From positions 60,338 through 124,337 of the forward strand of contig CAVSMN010000014.1 in assembly GCA_963729045.1 (NCBI GenBank): a DNA stretch of 64,000 nucleotides, in the 5' to 3' direction. The DNA is from an uncultured Nitrososphaeraceae archaeon (GTDB lineage: Archaea > Thermoproteota > Nitrososphaeria > Nitrososphaerales > Nitrososphaeraceae). Shown here piece by piece: positions 41,219 through 50,893 of this stretch. The position numbers and the translations under genes were made by a program. Numbering within the stretch: the stretch's first letter is position 1; each line of letters starts with the position of its first letter. The notes below the pieces were generated by a model, which was not told the DNA's origin, ran no database searches, and saw only the letters and a program-made list of their open reading frames with translations.

Positions 41219-41512
41219 ATGTTTTTTTATTGCAAAATTTTTAGGTATTTAGTGTCTAATAGAATAGAATATACCGATAAAGTCTATCTATACAGCAGCG
41301 GGATGCCTGCAGAATTGATAGATAGAAGTAAAGAAAAATTAAATGAACATGGCGTTAATCTTAATGATTTGATAGTAATTGAATCACCAGAAAATGTTCC
41401 TGAAGGAGCAATTATGATAACTCTCTGGCCACACTATTTGTCAGTCGCAAAAGTAAAGAGAGTCAGAGAAGGGTCTATCTATGCACCTCAGTTATTTAAT
41501 ATAGATTTGTAG
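41219..41512 (+). CDS. Hypothetical protein (true start probably GTG near 41252)
   Basis: Ordered-looking ORF ending REGSIYAPQLFNIDL. Confidence 0.6.
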   Translation: MFFYCKIFRYLVSNRIEYTDKVYLYSSGMPAELIDRSKEKLNEHGVNLNDLIVIESPENVPEGAIMITLWPHYLSVAKVKRVREGSIYAPQLFNIDL

Positions 41513-41526
41513 CTTTACACTACAGC

Positions 41527-41712
41527 ATGTTTTTAACCTTTTTTTGCAAAAGAGACAAACATAAAGAATGTCCGGGTAATTGGCCGATTGACGAGACTTG
41601 TGGTCCAGACGAAGATTGCTCCTTTGACATGAAAATGGCAAGGTGCGAATGTGACTGTCATGATACAAATACATCTAGCTCAAATAGAGTAGACATTAAG
41701 AAAAAAACCTAG
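41527..41712 (+). CDS. Small Cys-rich protein (CxxxxHxxC...CxCxCH)
   Basis: CKRDKHKECP...CGPDEDC...RCECDCH. Confidence 0.65.
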   Translation: MFLTFFCKRDKHKECPGNWPIDETCGPDEDCSFDMKMARCECDCHDTNTSSSNRVDIKKKT

Positions 41713-41911
41713 TCTTTGCTTGACTCTAAAAAGTGGTTGTGCCGACCATGTTGGTAAGCACCTTGTGTAGTAGATTAACCACTAAACTCGTCGAACAAAT
41801 TTTTTTCATAAAATCGAATGTTGAATAATGTCTTAATTTTTATCTCATTATTGGCAAAAAACAAGAAATAATAATGCGTTTTAAAGCAATACAATTACAA
41901 CTGTATTAACG

Positions 41912-42310
41912 ATGGAAAATAAATATAATAATCATCCAAGTAGATCTGTTTATCATGACAAGTGTATCGCATTTTTGAATATTTCTGAAAAGATTCGCTA
42001 TGTTGGAATAATAAATAGATTTGGTAGAACATTATCAGGCAAGCTGCGAAAGAATGTGAAACCATTGTTATCTCCCGAACAGGCTAGAGATGAACACTTT
42101 ATCGAATCTATGAGACAACAACTCCGAATTTCCTTTGAGTCATCGATTGGAAAAACCATATTCTCTATTACAAAAAATGAACTTGTTACTCTATTATTAG
42201 TTCCATCTAAAACTAGTGATGATGTTATATATTATGTAACTATAGACAAGGACGTTTCACTTGACGAAGTCAACGACATCATAAATAAAGTAACTGAAAT
42301 AGAAGGATAA
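41912..42310 (+). CDS. DUF6659 family (roadblock-like) protein
   Basis: IRYVGIINRFGRTLSGKLRKNVKPLL...FESSIGK. Confidence 0.75.
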   Translation: MENKYNNHPSRSVYHDKCIAFLNISEKIRYVGIINRFGRTLSGKLRKNVKPLLSPEQARDEHFIESMRQQLRISFESSIGKTIFSITKNELVTLLLVPSKTSDDVIYYVTIDKDVSLDEVNDIINKVTEIEG

Positions 42311-42341
42311 AAAGAAAAAAATAATTTTACTACTAATCTAA

Positions 42342-42794
42342 TTAGTTAAAATTTATTCTACTTCTCATTTCTTTATCCTTTATGATAGCTGGGTGATTTG
42401 TATCTACTAATATTACTTCAAACCAAGAATACATTCCGTCTTGATAAAGCAAATATGATCCCATCACTCTTAAATTCAGGTATTTTTCATTGACACGTCT
42501 TTCGGCTACCCTTTTCATACTAATACTTTGTTTGATGTGAACTACACCAATGTGTTTTGGCCTTCTGCCTGATACAGGACGTTGTTTTCTCATTCCTCCT
42601 CTGCCAACACGAATTCTTACCACAATTATGCCTTGTTTAGCCTTGTAACCTAATGCTCTTGCCCTATCTATGCGACTTGGGTGTTCTATCTTATGTATTG
42701 TGGGTTCTCTTCTCCATACATACGCTTTATTCTTTATTTCTGGAGATCTCGTTTTCAACATTGTCTTCCATGTTTCCGCAATATGGCTGTACAT
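42342..42794 (-). CDS. rpl15e: 50S ribosomal protein L15e
   Basis: RARALGYKAKQG, VAERRV, FEVILVD. Confidence 0.95.
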   Translation of the reverse strand: MYSHIAETWKTMLKTRSPEIKNKAYVWRREPTIHKIEHPSRIDRARALGYKAKQGIIVVRIRVGRGGMRKQRPVSGRRPKHIGVVHIKQSISMKRVAERRVNEKYLNLRVMGSYLLYQDGMYSWFEVILVDTNHPAIIKDKEMRSRINFN

Positions 42795-42928
42795 GTTTTT
42801 GCTTTGTTTTTACCCATTAATATTTTATTTGGGTAAAAAACAATCAAGAAAAGATGATATTGGTTAAATAATAAACTTGATTAATTAAATAAAATTTAGA
42901 AAAAACAGAGAAGGGCAGGCAGGATTAT

Positions 42929-43108
42929 TTAGCGTCTATGCATTCTTTCTGGCTTTTTCTGTCCTGGTTGAATCCTTTTTTCAAATCTTTTTACGAAATT
43001 ATTCTTATTCCTAACTTTAGATGAAGGGCTAGTTCTTTCACGTGCTTGTATTTTGGGAGTTTGACCTCTAACCTTTCCAGCTTTAGTTAATGATCCGTGA
43101 GTCGGCAT
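42929..43108 (-). CDS. rps30e: 30S ribosomal protein S30e
   Basis: Manual translation [25 protein letters not shown]...; below the ORF-track cutoff. Confidence 0.95.
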   Translation of the reverse strand: MPTHGSLTKAGKVRGQTPKIQARERTSPSSKVRNKNNFVKRFEKRIQPGQKKPERMHRR

Positions 43109-43250
43109 GAGCTATTAATATTGAAACTCATATTTATTATATGCATTTTGAAATTAGAATATTATAGGCAACAATTACCCGCATAGAAATATTCATGGCA
43201 ATCAAATACTAAATCACTATTATTTAAATTGAAGAATATCATAATTTGTT

Positions 43251-44210
43251 ATGCAAGTAATGTCAGTATTGAAACTAGAATACGCGGAAGAAATTCAAAG
43301 ACTAAAGAAAGAAAAAAATGCAATAATTCTGTCGCATAACTACCAAATTTCTGAAGTTCAAGATATATCTGACTTTATTGGAGATTCTCTTAAACTATCT
43401 AGATTAGCTGGGGAAACAGATGCTTCAATTATTGTATTTTGTGGCGTCCATTTCATGGCTGAAACAGCTTCAATAATAAGTCCACACAAGAAAGTCTTGA
43501 TACCTGATTTGGAAGCTGGATGTTCACTTGCTTCTTCTATTAATCCACAAGAACTCTTAAAATGGAAAGGGGAAAATCCGGATGCTATGGTTGTAAGCTA
43601 TGTGAATACATCTGCAGAGATAAAAGCTTTATCGGATTATTGCTGTACTTCTTCTAATGCAGTAAAGGTAGTACAGAGTATTCCAAAGGAGATTCCCGTC
43701 CTGTTCTTGCCCGACATGTTTTTGGGAGCTTATGTTGCAGAAGTAACGAAAAGGGATAATATCAAGATATGGCCCGGTGAATGCCATGTACATGCTGGTA
43801 TTACAGACAAAGATATCAATTTAATGTTGAAAAAGTATTCAAAAGCCGAATTTTTGGTCCACCCTGAATGTAGCTGTACTTCCTCTACACTATACCACGT
43901 GTCTAAAGGGGATATCAACAGAGATTGTAAAATATTATCAACAGAAGGAATGATGAAAGAGGCTAGCTCATCAAAAAATGATCAGTTTCTAATAGCTACA
44001 GAAGTAGGAATACTTCATAGGATGCAGGAAGAAAATCCATCTAAAGAATTTATCCCTGTAAAAAAAGACGCAATATGCAAATATATGAAAAAAATAACAA
44101 TCGAAAAAGTATACAATTCACTCCTTAATGATGTTCATGAGGTAAAAGTTCCTGAAAATATTGCAAAAAAAGCCATAATACCGATAGAAAGAATGTTGGC
44201 AATTTCTTGA
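43251..44210 (+). CDS. nadA: Quinolinate synthase
   Basis: SHNYQ, FCGVHFMAETA, AGCSLA, YVNTSA, CHVH, HPEC, CKYMK. Confidence 0.96.
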   Translation: MQVMSVLKLEYAEEIQRLKKEKNAIILSHNYQISEVQDISDFIGDSLKLSRLAGETDASIIVFCGVHFMAETASIISPHKKVLIPDLEAGCSLASSINPQELLKWKGENPDAMVVSYVNTSAEIKALSDYCCTSSNAVKVVQSIPKEIPVLFLPDMFLGAYVAEVTKRDNIKIWPGECHVHAGITDKDINLMLKKYSKAEFLVHPECSCTSSTLYHVSKGDINRDCKILSTEGMMKEASSSKNDQFLIATEVGILHRMQEENPSKEFIPVKKDAICKYMKKITIEKVYNSLLNDVHEVKVPENIAKKAIIPIERMLAIS

Positions 44211-44552
44211 CCGGGGCCTACCATACCCAACTCTCTATCACTCTACCACCAACCTTCTTGTTTGCTTTCTCCCTAGTCATCTAGGTTACATCCTTACATC
44301 ATTTACCATATCCATCTACGATATATTATTAAGGTTGGAGGAATCAACTGCTGCCATACAAAAACTGCAAACCTAAACATGATACGTTCCAATATCTAAT
44401 TACAACAAGAACACCTATTAATAATACTGCTACCACTATTAATACTGCTACTGATATTAACAACACGACTTTTAGTACAATTAATTTTATCTTATATCTT
44501 GATAAGATTGTAAAAAATTAATTGAACTGATATTCAATCTGTAAATGTAGTA

Positions 44553-45515
44553 TTATCCGGGAATTTCAAGACTGAAATCTATTGCTTGAACTGAATGAGT
44601 TAACGATCCAATAGAGATAACATCTGGTTTAGCAATGGCATAGTCATAAATATTATCCAAATTTATGCCCCCAGATACTTCGATAATGATTTTATCGCGT
44701 AAGCCTAGTTTCCTAACTCTGTCTAATGACTCTTTGACATCTTCTGGTTTAAAATTGTCCAGCATTACTATGTCGGCCCCTGATTTTATTGCTTCCAGTA
44801 TACCACTAAAATCATTTACCTCGCATTCTATTTTTCTTTTATTTCCATACACAGACTTGGCCTTCTCAATAGCTTTTTTCACAGAACCAACAACTGCGAT
44901 ATGATTGTCCTTTATTAGTATCAGTTGATCAAGTCTTACCCTGTGGGATATGCCGCCCCCGATGACTACGGCCTTTTTATCAAAATACCTTAGTCCCGGA
45001 ACAGTTTTTCTTGTTGAAGAAATCCTCACAGTTTTTGACAATTCTCCTAATTTTTCGATAAACTGGTTAGTCCGGGTAGATATTCCACTCATACGCATCA
45101 AAAGATTAAGTGCTGTTCTTTCTCCCTTTAGAATCGATCTTGATGATCCGTCTACTGCCAGCACATCTGTACCTTTTGCTATTTTTGCTCCATCATCAAC
45201 CAGAAGGGTTGCTTCGCACCCGCAAATATCAAAAATAATTTTTGCCTCTGAAAGTCCGCTAACTATTATGTTTTTTCCGGCGTTCTTACAAACTATTGCT
45301 CCTTTAGAAACAGTCTCCTCTGGAATCAGTAAATTGCTTGTAATGTCTCCAGTGCCAATATCCTCATTTAAGAAGCCGACCAGTGTGGCTCTTTTTTCTA
45401 CCTCTGATTGGAATGGAACACCATGTTCTTCCTGCTCCCGCTCCTCTCGCCCTTGCCCTTGCCCTTGATCTAAATCTCTTAAGTTTGAATTATAAAAATT
45501 GTTATAATTTTTCAA
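44553..45515 (-). CDS. nadC: Nicotinate-nucleotide diphosphorylase (carboxylating)
   Basis: EDIGTGDITS, GERTALN, TRKTVPG, LIKDNH, MLDN, EVSGGI, GSLTHS. Confidence 0.96.
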   Translation of the reverse strand: MKNYNNFYNSNLRDLDQGQGQGREEREQEEHGVPFQSEVEKRATLVGFLNEDIGTGDITSNLLIPEETVSKGAIVCKNAGKNIIVSGLSEAKIIFDICGCEATLLVDDGAKIAKGTDVLAVDGSSRSILKGERTALNLLMRMSGISTRTNQFIEKLGELSKTVRISSTRKTVPGLRYFDKKAVVIGGGISHRVRLDQLILIKDNHIAVVGSVKKAIEKAKSVYGNKRKIECEVNDFSGILEAIKSGADIVMLDNFKPEDVKESLDRVRKLGLRDKIIIEVSGGINLDNIYDYAIAKPDVISIGSLTHSVQAIDFSLEIPG

Positions 45516-45525
45516 TTCAAAAATG

Positions 45526-45723
45526 TTATGTAACTTTTAAAGCATATTTGTGAGGAACAGATATTTCCAATGTAGCTGCGACCTTTGATTTTTCTGGATG
45601 AAGTATCAACATAATTCCAAACCAGTCTTTGGATAATTCAGTAGACTTACAAACTGGACACATTTTCCCAGTGGTTAAAGCCTTGCATTTTTTACAGGCG
45701 TATTCTCTTGCCAACAATATCAC
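45526..45723 (-). CDS. spt4: Transcription elongation factor Spt4 (RpoE'')
   Basis: ACKKCKAL...CPVC...SKDWFG...YALKV. Confidence 0.92.
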   Translation of the reverse strand: MILLAREYACKKCKALTTGKMCPVCKSTELSKDWFGIMLILHPEKSKVAATLEISVPHKYALKVT

Positions 45724-45738
45724 TACTCGGTATAATTT

Positions 45739-46389
45739 TTATCTCTTGTCTTTTTTTGCATCTCTGGCATGTGCACTCTCTGCGCCTTTTTTGTCTGCAT
45801 TGTTATCCTTACTGTTGGAATTTTCTCCACTTGCTCCCCCTTGGGCACGTCGTATCTCCTTTTCCACCCATTCTAATGCACCTAGAAATGGTTGTCTACA
45901 TGTGATTCCTATCTTGCCCATTGATGCACTCTTTCCTAAGCTAATTGCTGTGATTCTTGCACGTATTTTGGAGCTTATTCGTAATGTTTTTTCAGATTGA
46001 TTTGATAATATCAAACCTTGTTTAACATCACTTTTTAAGTAATCATCCGTGATCTGAGATAAGTGCAAGAGAGCGTCAGTTGGACCTATTCTAACAAATG
46101 CACCAAAATCTGTAATTTCTACTACCTCACCCTCTACGACTTCGTGAAGTTTAGGATAAAACGTTAAAGCTGTAAAATTTACTTTGTGATATGTAGCTCC
46201 ATCCCCAGCAATAACCTTGCCTATAGCGTTGGTTTCTGCATCTATGATCAAAATAACATAACCTAAATCTGAACTGACCATACTTTCATATTTTTCTTTT
46301 AGGATACCAATTGCAGTTAACTTTAGAGAATTAGTTAGCTTACTAGGTGGAATTCTTACTACATCGGACATATGTGCTATAGCAAACAT
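45739..46389 (-). CDS. rpo7: RNA polymerase subunit Rpo7 (E')
   Basis: VRIPP, GDGATY, EVVEGEV..DFGAFVRIGPTDALLH, TCRQPFLG. Confidence 0.95.
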   Translation of the reverse strand: MFAIAHMSDVVRIPPSKLTNSLKLTAIGILKEKYESMVSSDLGYVILIIDAETNAIGKVIAGDGATYHKVNFTALTFYPKLHEVVEGEVVEITDFGAFVRIGPTDALLHLSQITDDYLKSDVKQGLILSNQSEKTLRISSKIRARITAISLGKSASMGKIGITCRQPFLGALEWVEKEIRRAQGGASGENSNSKDNNADKKGAESAHARDAKKDKR

Positions 46390-46553
46390 AATAAAGATAA
46401 AAGATATCCAGAACTATCAGTTTATGAACTTTATGTTTAATTTTGATTAATTGTGTGAGAAGATCCATCCTTAATTACTGTTTTGACTATTTTCATTCTT
46501 GCTTTTGAGAATGAATGATTTAAATAGAATAATAACTCGATTTTTATATCGTC

Positions 46554-47714
46554 ATGGTTACTGTAGATAAAGTCATTAGTGCCTTAAAGACTGTCAAAGA
46601 TCCTGAATTACACAAAGATATAGTTTCTATGGGTATGATAAAAGATATTACCATTAATGAAGATAAACTTGCTTTTACATTGGAATTAACTACCCCTGCC
46701 TGTCCATTTAATAGCGAAATTGAACAGGATGTGCGAAATACTATATCAAATTTGGGAATCAAAGATTTGGATCTTAAAGTCACGGCTAGAGTGATGGAGG
46801 GCAGGACAATAACTATGGATCAGATTCTGCCTGGAGTAAAAAATATAATGGCTGTTGCAAGTGGAAAGGGGGGTGTTGGAAAAACCACTGTTTCGGTGAA
46901 TTTGGCCGTAGCTCTTGCAAAAACCGGTGCTAAAGTTGGCATATTAGATGCTGACGTTTATGGGCCCAGTGTACCTTTGATGTTGGGACTAAAAGAGGTC
47001 CCAGAGGTTTTCGAAGGTAAGATTCAACCTCCTATTACTGAAAATGTTAAGGTAATGTCCATGGGATTCTTTTATGAACAGTCTCAACAAGCTGGAATAT
47101 ACCGTGGTCCTATTATTGCAGGTATAGTAAAACAGTTCATAACAGACGTAAACTGGGGCGAACTTGATTATCTTATTATTGATTTGCCGCCTGGTACTGG
47201 TGATGCTCCCCTTACCATGGCACAAACAATACCGATTACTGGAATCCTTATTGTGACAACCCCTCAAGAAGTCGCTATGAATGTAGCCGTTAAATCAATC
47301 GGTATGTTCAACAAATTAAACATACCTATAATCGGTGTGATAGAAAATATGAGCTATCTAAAATGTCCTAATTGTGATGAAAAAATACATATTTTTGGAG
47401 AAGGCGGAGGAATTAAGATTAGTGAACAGTTCAAAATTCCTTTCATTGGTGAGATACCTTTAACAACCCAAATTATGAAAGGAAGTGATAGCGGAGTATC
47501 TGTCATAATTTCTGAACCTACATCTGAATATGCTCAGGCTTTTAATAAAATCTCGAAAATAACCGCTGGAAGAATAAGCGTTATTGCATCAGAATTGATG
47601 GACCAAGAAAAAACAAAGAACAACAAAAAGAACAACAAAAAGAACAACAAAAAGAACAACAAAAAGAACAACAAAAAGAACAACAAAAATCATAGAGTTT
47701 TGGCTAATAATTAA
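46554..47714 (+). CDS. Mrp/NBP35 (ApbC) Fe-S cluster carrier ATPase with N-terminal DUF59
   Basis: VKDPEL, TTPACP, SGKGGVGKTT, DLPPGTGD, ENMSYLKCPNC. Confidence 0.93.
   Translation: MVTVDKVISALKTVKDPELHKDIVSMGMIKDITINEDKLAFTLELTTPACPFNSEIEQDVRNTISNLGIKDLDLKVTARVMEGRTITMDQILPGVKNIMAVASGKGGVGKTTVSVNLAVALAKTGAKVGILDADVYGPSVPLMLGLKEVPEVFEGKIQPPITENVKVMSMGFFYEQSQQAGIYRGPIIAGIVKQFITDVNWGELDYLIIDLPPGTGDAPLTMAQTIPITGILIVTTPQEVAMNVAVKSIGMFNKLNIPIIGVIENMSYLKCPNCDEKIHIFGEGGGIKISEQFKIPFIGEIPLTTQIMKGSDSGVSVIISEPTSEYAQAFNKISKITAGRISVIASELMDQEKTKNNKKNNKKNNKKNNKKNNKKNNKNHRVLANN
47616..47687. repeat. Perfect 12-nt tandem repeat (AAGAACAACAAA)x6 at the 3' end of the Mrp gene
   Basis: Read directly from the sequence. 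Confidence 0.9.
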
Positions 47715-47792
47715 TAATTCTTTACACCAAACCTTGAGAGAAAAGAAACAAAAAAGAAACCTTTCTAAAAATTTTAAAGGAGAGACAAGAAT

Positions 47793-48302
47793 TTGAAAAT
47801 CAATCAATCCCAATTGAGTCTTTTGAAGGAGCCTTTTGGGGTGTTAATTAAGGACGATAATATCGATAAAGAATCTTTAGACCGAGAAATTGGAGGAGCA
47901 CACAAGATAATAACAGTAGGAGATACTACTACTGAAAAATTGGTGCGTTTAGGTTATATTCCTGACATCTCGGTTGTAGATGGAAAAGAAAAAAGGATAA
48001 AAAAACACAAGATATTTGAATATCCCACTGATAAAATTTTACATTTCGAGAATAAGCCAGGAGAGCTCGATGAACATTTAATTACAGAAATACTGCAGTT
48101 AACTCAAAGCAAATTAGAAAGCAAAATCCAATTCATTATTGAAGGCGAGGAAGATTTGGTTGCACTTCCGTTTCTCATGTTTTCGCCAGATGATTGGGTC
48201 GTATGTTATGGACAACCATATCACGGCTTGGTAATAGTACATGTAAACGAAGATTCTAGAAGCCGGGCCAAGTTAATATTTAATAAAGTCTTTAACATTT
48301 AA
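47793..48302 (+). CDS. GTP-dependent dephospho-CoA kinase (DUF359)
   Basis: LKEPFG, TVGD, VDGKEKR, NKPG, GEEDL, YGQP. Confidence 0.9.
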   Translation: MKINQSQLSLLKEPFGVLIKDDNIDKESLDREIGGAHKIITVGDTTTEKLVRLGYIPDISVVDGKEKRIKKHKIFEYPTDKILHFENKPGELDEHLITEILQLTQSKLESKIQFIIEGEEDLVALPFLMFSPDDWVVCYGQPYHGLVIVHVNEDSRSRAKLIFNKVFNI

Positions 48303-48314
48303 AGTTCAACAATA

Positions 48315-48389
48315 CAGGGTATGATGATACGGTGGCTGTATGAATATACAATAAAAGAGATGATTTGATTTTACCATTTACTGACCCTG
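48315..48389 (+). ncRNA. C/D-box guide sRNA
   Basis: Terminal stem CAGGG/CCCTG; perfect C box ATGATGA (48321), D' ATGA (48340), C' GAGATGA (48357), D box CTGA (48381). Confidence 0.72.
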
Positions 48390-48494
48390 AATTTGTTTTT
48401 TGTTATTTTTGATTTACTTTTTTAGGTTTGTACTTTTTTCATCTTCATTTCTATATCTATAGCGATTCTGACTATTTTCTTCTTCTGCTTCTCG

Positions 48495-48626
48495 TCAGCA
48501 ATCACATCCACAACCATCTCTGCTATTATCAAAAGTACCAATGCCATATTTCTTCATACATACATTGCATACACTCTCAGATTCATTAATTGTAGCAATA
48601 TTACAAAACGAACATACTTTCGTCAT
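48495..48626 (-). CDS. 43-aa Cys-rich microprotein
   Basis: Manual translation MTKVCSFCNIATINESESVCNVCMKKYGIGTFDNSRDGCGCDC; T-rich TATA-like element shortly upstream. Confidence 0.65.
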   Translation of the reverse strand: MTKVCSFCNIATINESESVCNVCMKKYGIGTFDNSRDGCGCDC

Positions 48627-48728
48627 ATGTGTAACTCTATGGAGATCAAAAATAAATCCTTATCTAAAATTGACATTTTCTTCTTTTGTTAATGTCTAGA
48701 GTTTAAACATGAACCACCGCGTAGTTAC

Positions 48729-49640
48729 TTAGGCGCGATTCAGGTAAAGTTTGTATATCGATCCTGTTTCGTCACTGATATAGTTCCAGTTTTCAGGATT
48801 GATGTCTACAACAGAAAAATATTCTTGTTCCTCTTTTGAAAGTACATCATAAATTAACTGGCCCACTACTATGTGGTTAACTTTAGCATAAGTAGTCATT
48901 TTGGTAGCAATACTTATGGTGTATCCTAGTATGTCGTAAGACGGTTTCTTATCTGATATCAATTCACTAGTTTTTTGAATGGTTTTATAATCATACTGTG
49001 TTAGGTCGTTTACATTATCTACATATGGATAGTATTTTACTATTACATTTTCACCGTAATCAATACCAATTCTAACACCGATCTCAGGATAATCATATTG
49101 ACTAAATACTGGATTGAATCCTTGATTGATAACTTTAATCATGGTACGGGCGCAATTTATTGCATTAATACAAAGGGTATACAAATGGTCGGAACTAACA
49201 TTAAAAAAACCAATTATTCCATCACCAATGTATTTCAAAACATATCCTCCATAGAGACGGATGATTTTGGTCATTTCTTGACTGAAGGTTTGAATTATTT
49301 TAGACACCCTTTCTATCGGGAGATTCATTGACAATTTCGTAGACCCTACTATATCGATATTTAGAATTATCAGTTTAATTTTTTCATTATAATAACTGCT
49401 GAGAACCTGTTGAGTTTCTTCAAAAGGGGCTGTAAAAATGGGATCTGAACGTAAAGCCTTCCACATACTTGATTGGGAAGCGGTAATAATTTTTTGGATA
49501 TCTATCAGAGCATCTACGTAAAAGACAGAGGCATTATCTACCATATTGTTGCCTATCAATCTGTTATTTTCATGATCTTTTTTTTCATTTAGATTCTTGA
49601 TGACCTCATCAACTTCCTCTAAATCAATATCTAACTGCAA
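48729..49640 (-). CDS. Class III adenylate/guanylate cyclase domain protein (frame open upstream to about 49790)
   Basis: LNIDIVGST, LKYIGDGII, VRIGIDYG, YDILGYTISIATKM. Confidence 0.88.
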   Translation of the reverse strand: MQLDIDLEEVDEVIKNLNEKKDHENNRLIGNNMVDNASVFYVDALIDIQKIITASQSSMWKALRSDPIFTAPFEETQQVLSSYYNEKIKLIILNIDIVGSTKLSMNLPIERVSKIIQTFSQEMTKIIRLYGGYVLKYIGDGIIGFFNVSSDHLYTLCINAINCARTMIKVINQGFNPVFSQYDYPEIGVRIGIDYGENVIVKYYPYVDNVNDLTQYDYKTIQKTSELISDKKPSYDILGYTISIATKMTTYAKVNHIVVGQLIYDVLSKEEQEYFSVVDINPENWNYISDETGSIYKLYLNRA

Positions 49641-49912
49641 TGCGATTATCTCTGGAGAAATTCCGGAATCAAAGAGATTTACAATCGTTTGATGTTGCTC
49701 ATATTTGGCAATTTTCTTTATTGTTTGACCCTTTTCTAAGTTGTTATCATCTGATTGAGAAATTCTCTTTTCACCTTCAATAATGATAAATCATGGTTAA
49801 AAGTCTATAGCAGATTATCATTTATAATTTTTGCCAATATCGTATTGGTTAATTTGGATAATGATTCTAGATTTTTTAATAAATTGCATAAAAAACCACT
49901 TTCTAATTGACT

Positions 49913-50709
49913 TTAGTCAATGTTTTTGACCTTCCTGTCGGACTTTTTTGCTGTCGGGTAAATGAAATCTTCTCTACTGCTATCACCATAACCATCTACA
50001 TCATTATCACCACCCAATCTTTTGAGGGCGGTTAAAATTTCCTTCTCTATTTTATCTATTTCTGGGTTTGAATTTTTTTCAATGGGGAGATCATTATCAG
50101 CGAAGCTTTTGGTGTTTGTGGATTCCTTACTGTTCTGCACAAAGTCTGTTGTTGTGTCCTTAGAAGCATCATCACTACGTTTGTTGCTTGTCGATATTTC
50201 TGAAAATGAATGATGATTAGAAGTAGGGGATGATGATGTGGTTGTAATCGCGGGTTCTGATTTTGATGGGGAAAAGGATGATGTTTCTATTGCTGGTATA
50301 GGTCGAGTTTCTGAGTCTTTTGGTACAGTTGCAGTTTGTCTTGTATTCTGCTATTCTAGAGTCCCATTGAATTTTGACCATATAGAATAGTATCTTTAAA
50401 TAGACTTTGAGAATCTGATTCCTCAGTAGTGGGAACACTAGTTCGGTAATAAGTCGATGGATTGAGAGAAGATTTGGTATAGTTGAATTTATCTTGATTA
50501 GCGGAGATTACTAAAACTTGGTTGTATAAATAGGATAATTTTGATTCAACTCTGTCAAGTTTTTCATCTATTTTCTCATGTAAATCAATATTTTTATAAT
50601 GAATTTTTTTTATTTTAAAGTAAATAGTCAATATTATTAATGAAATAGCAATTGTTTGAGCAAAAATTGCAACTATCAATAAATCAGAGGTAATTTCAAA
50701 ACCAAACAT
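49913..50709 (-). CDS. N-terminally anchored coiled-coil/disordered protein, probably one gene split by frameshifts
   Basis: ORF 50356..50709 (TM plus coiled coil) and ORF 49913..50140 (EIDKIEKEILTALKRLGG); same layout as 36690..37487. Confidence 0.5.
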
Positions 50710-50893
50710 TTCAATAAGAAACGGTAAATTTTTTCTCGCTTTTAAGTCTAATTATTTAATTGATTGTGTGGGATGGTGTGGGTGAGTCGGCCAACGATGT
50801 TTTTCCTCTCATTCACAGAGATGGGTATCTAAAAAGAAGGTAGGAAGAGATGAAGGGGGATTGGAATGGGAAGGATAAGAAAGAAAGAAAGAT

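Noticed and set aside
44345..44467. Hydrophobic minus-strand mini-ORF after nadC
   Set aside because: Arises from low-complexity repeats; weak start.
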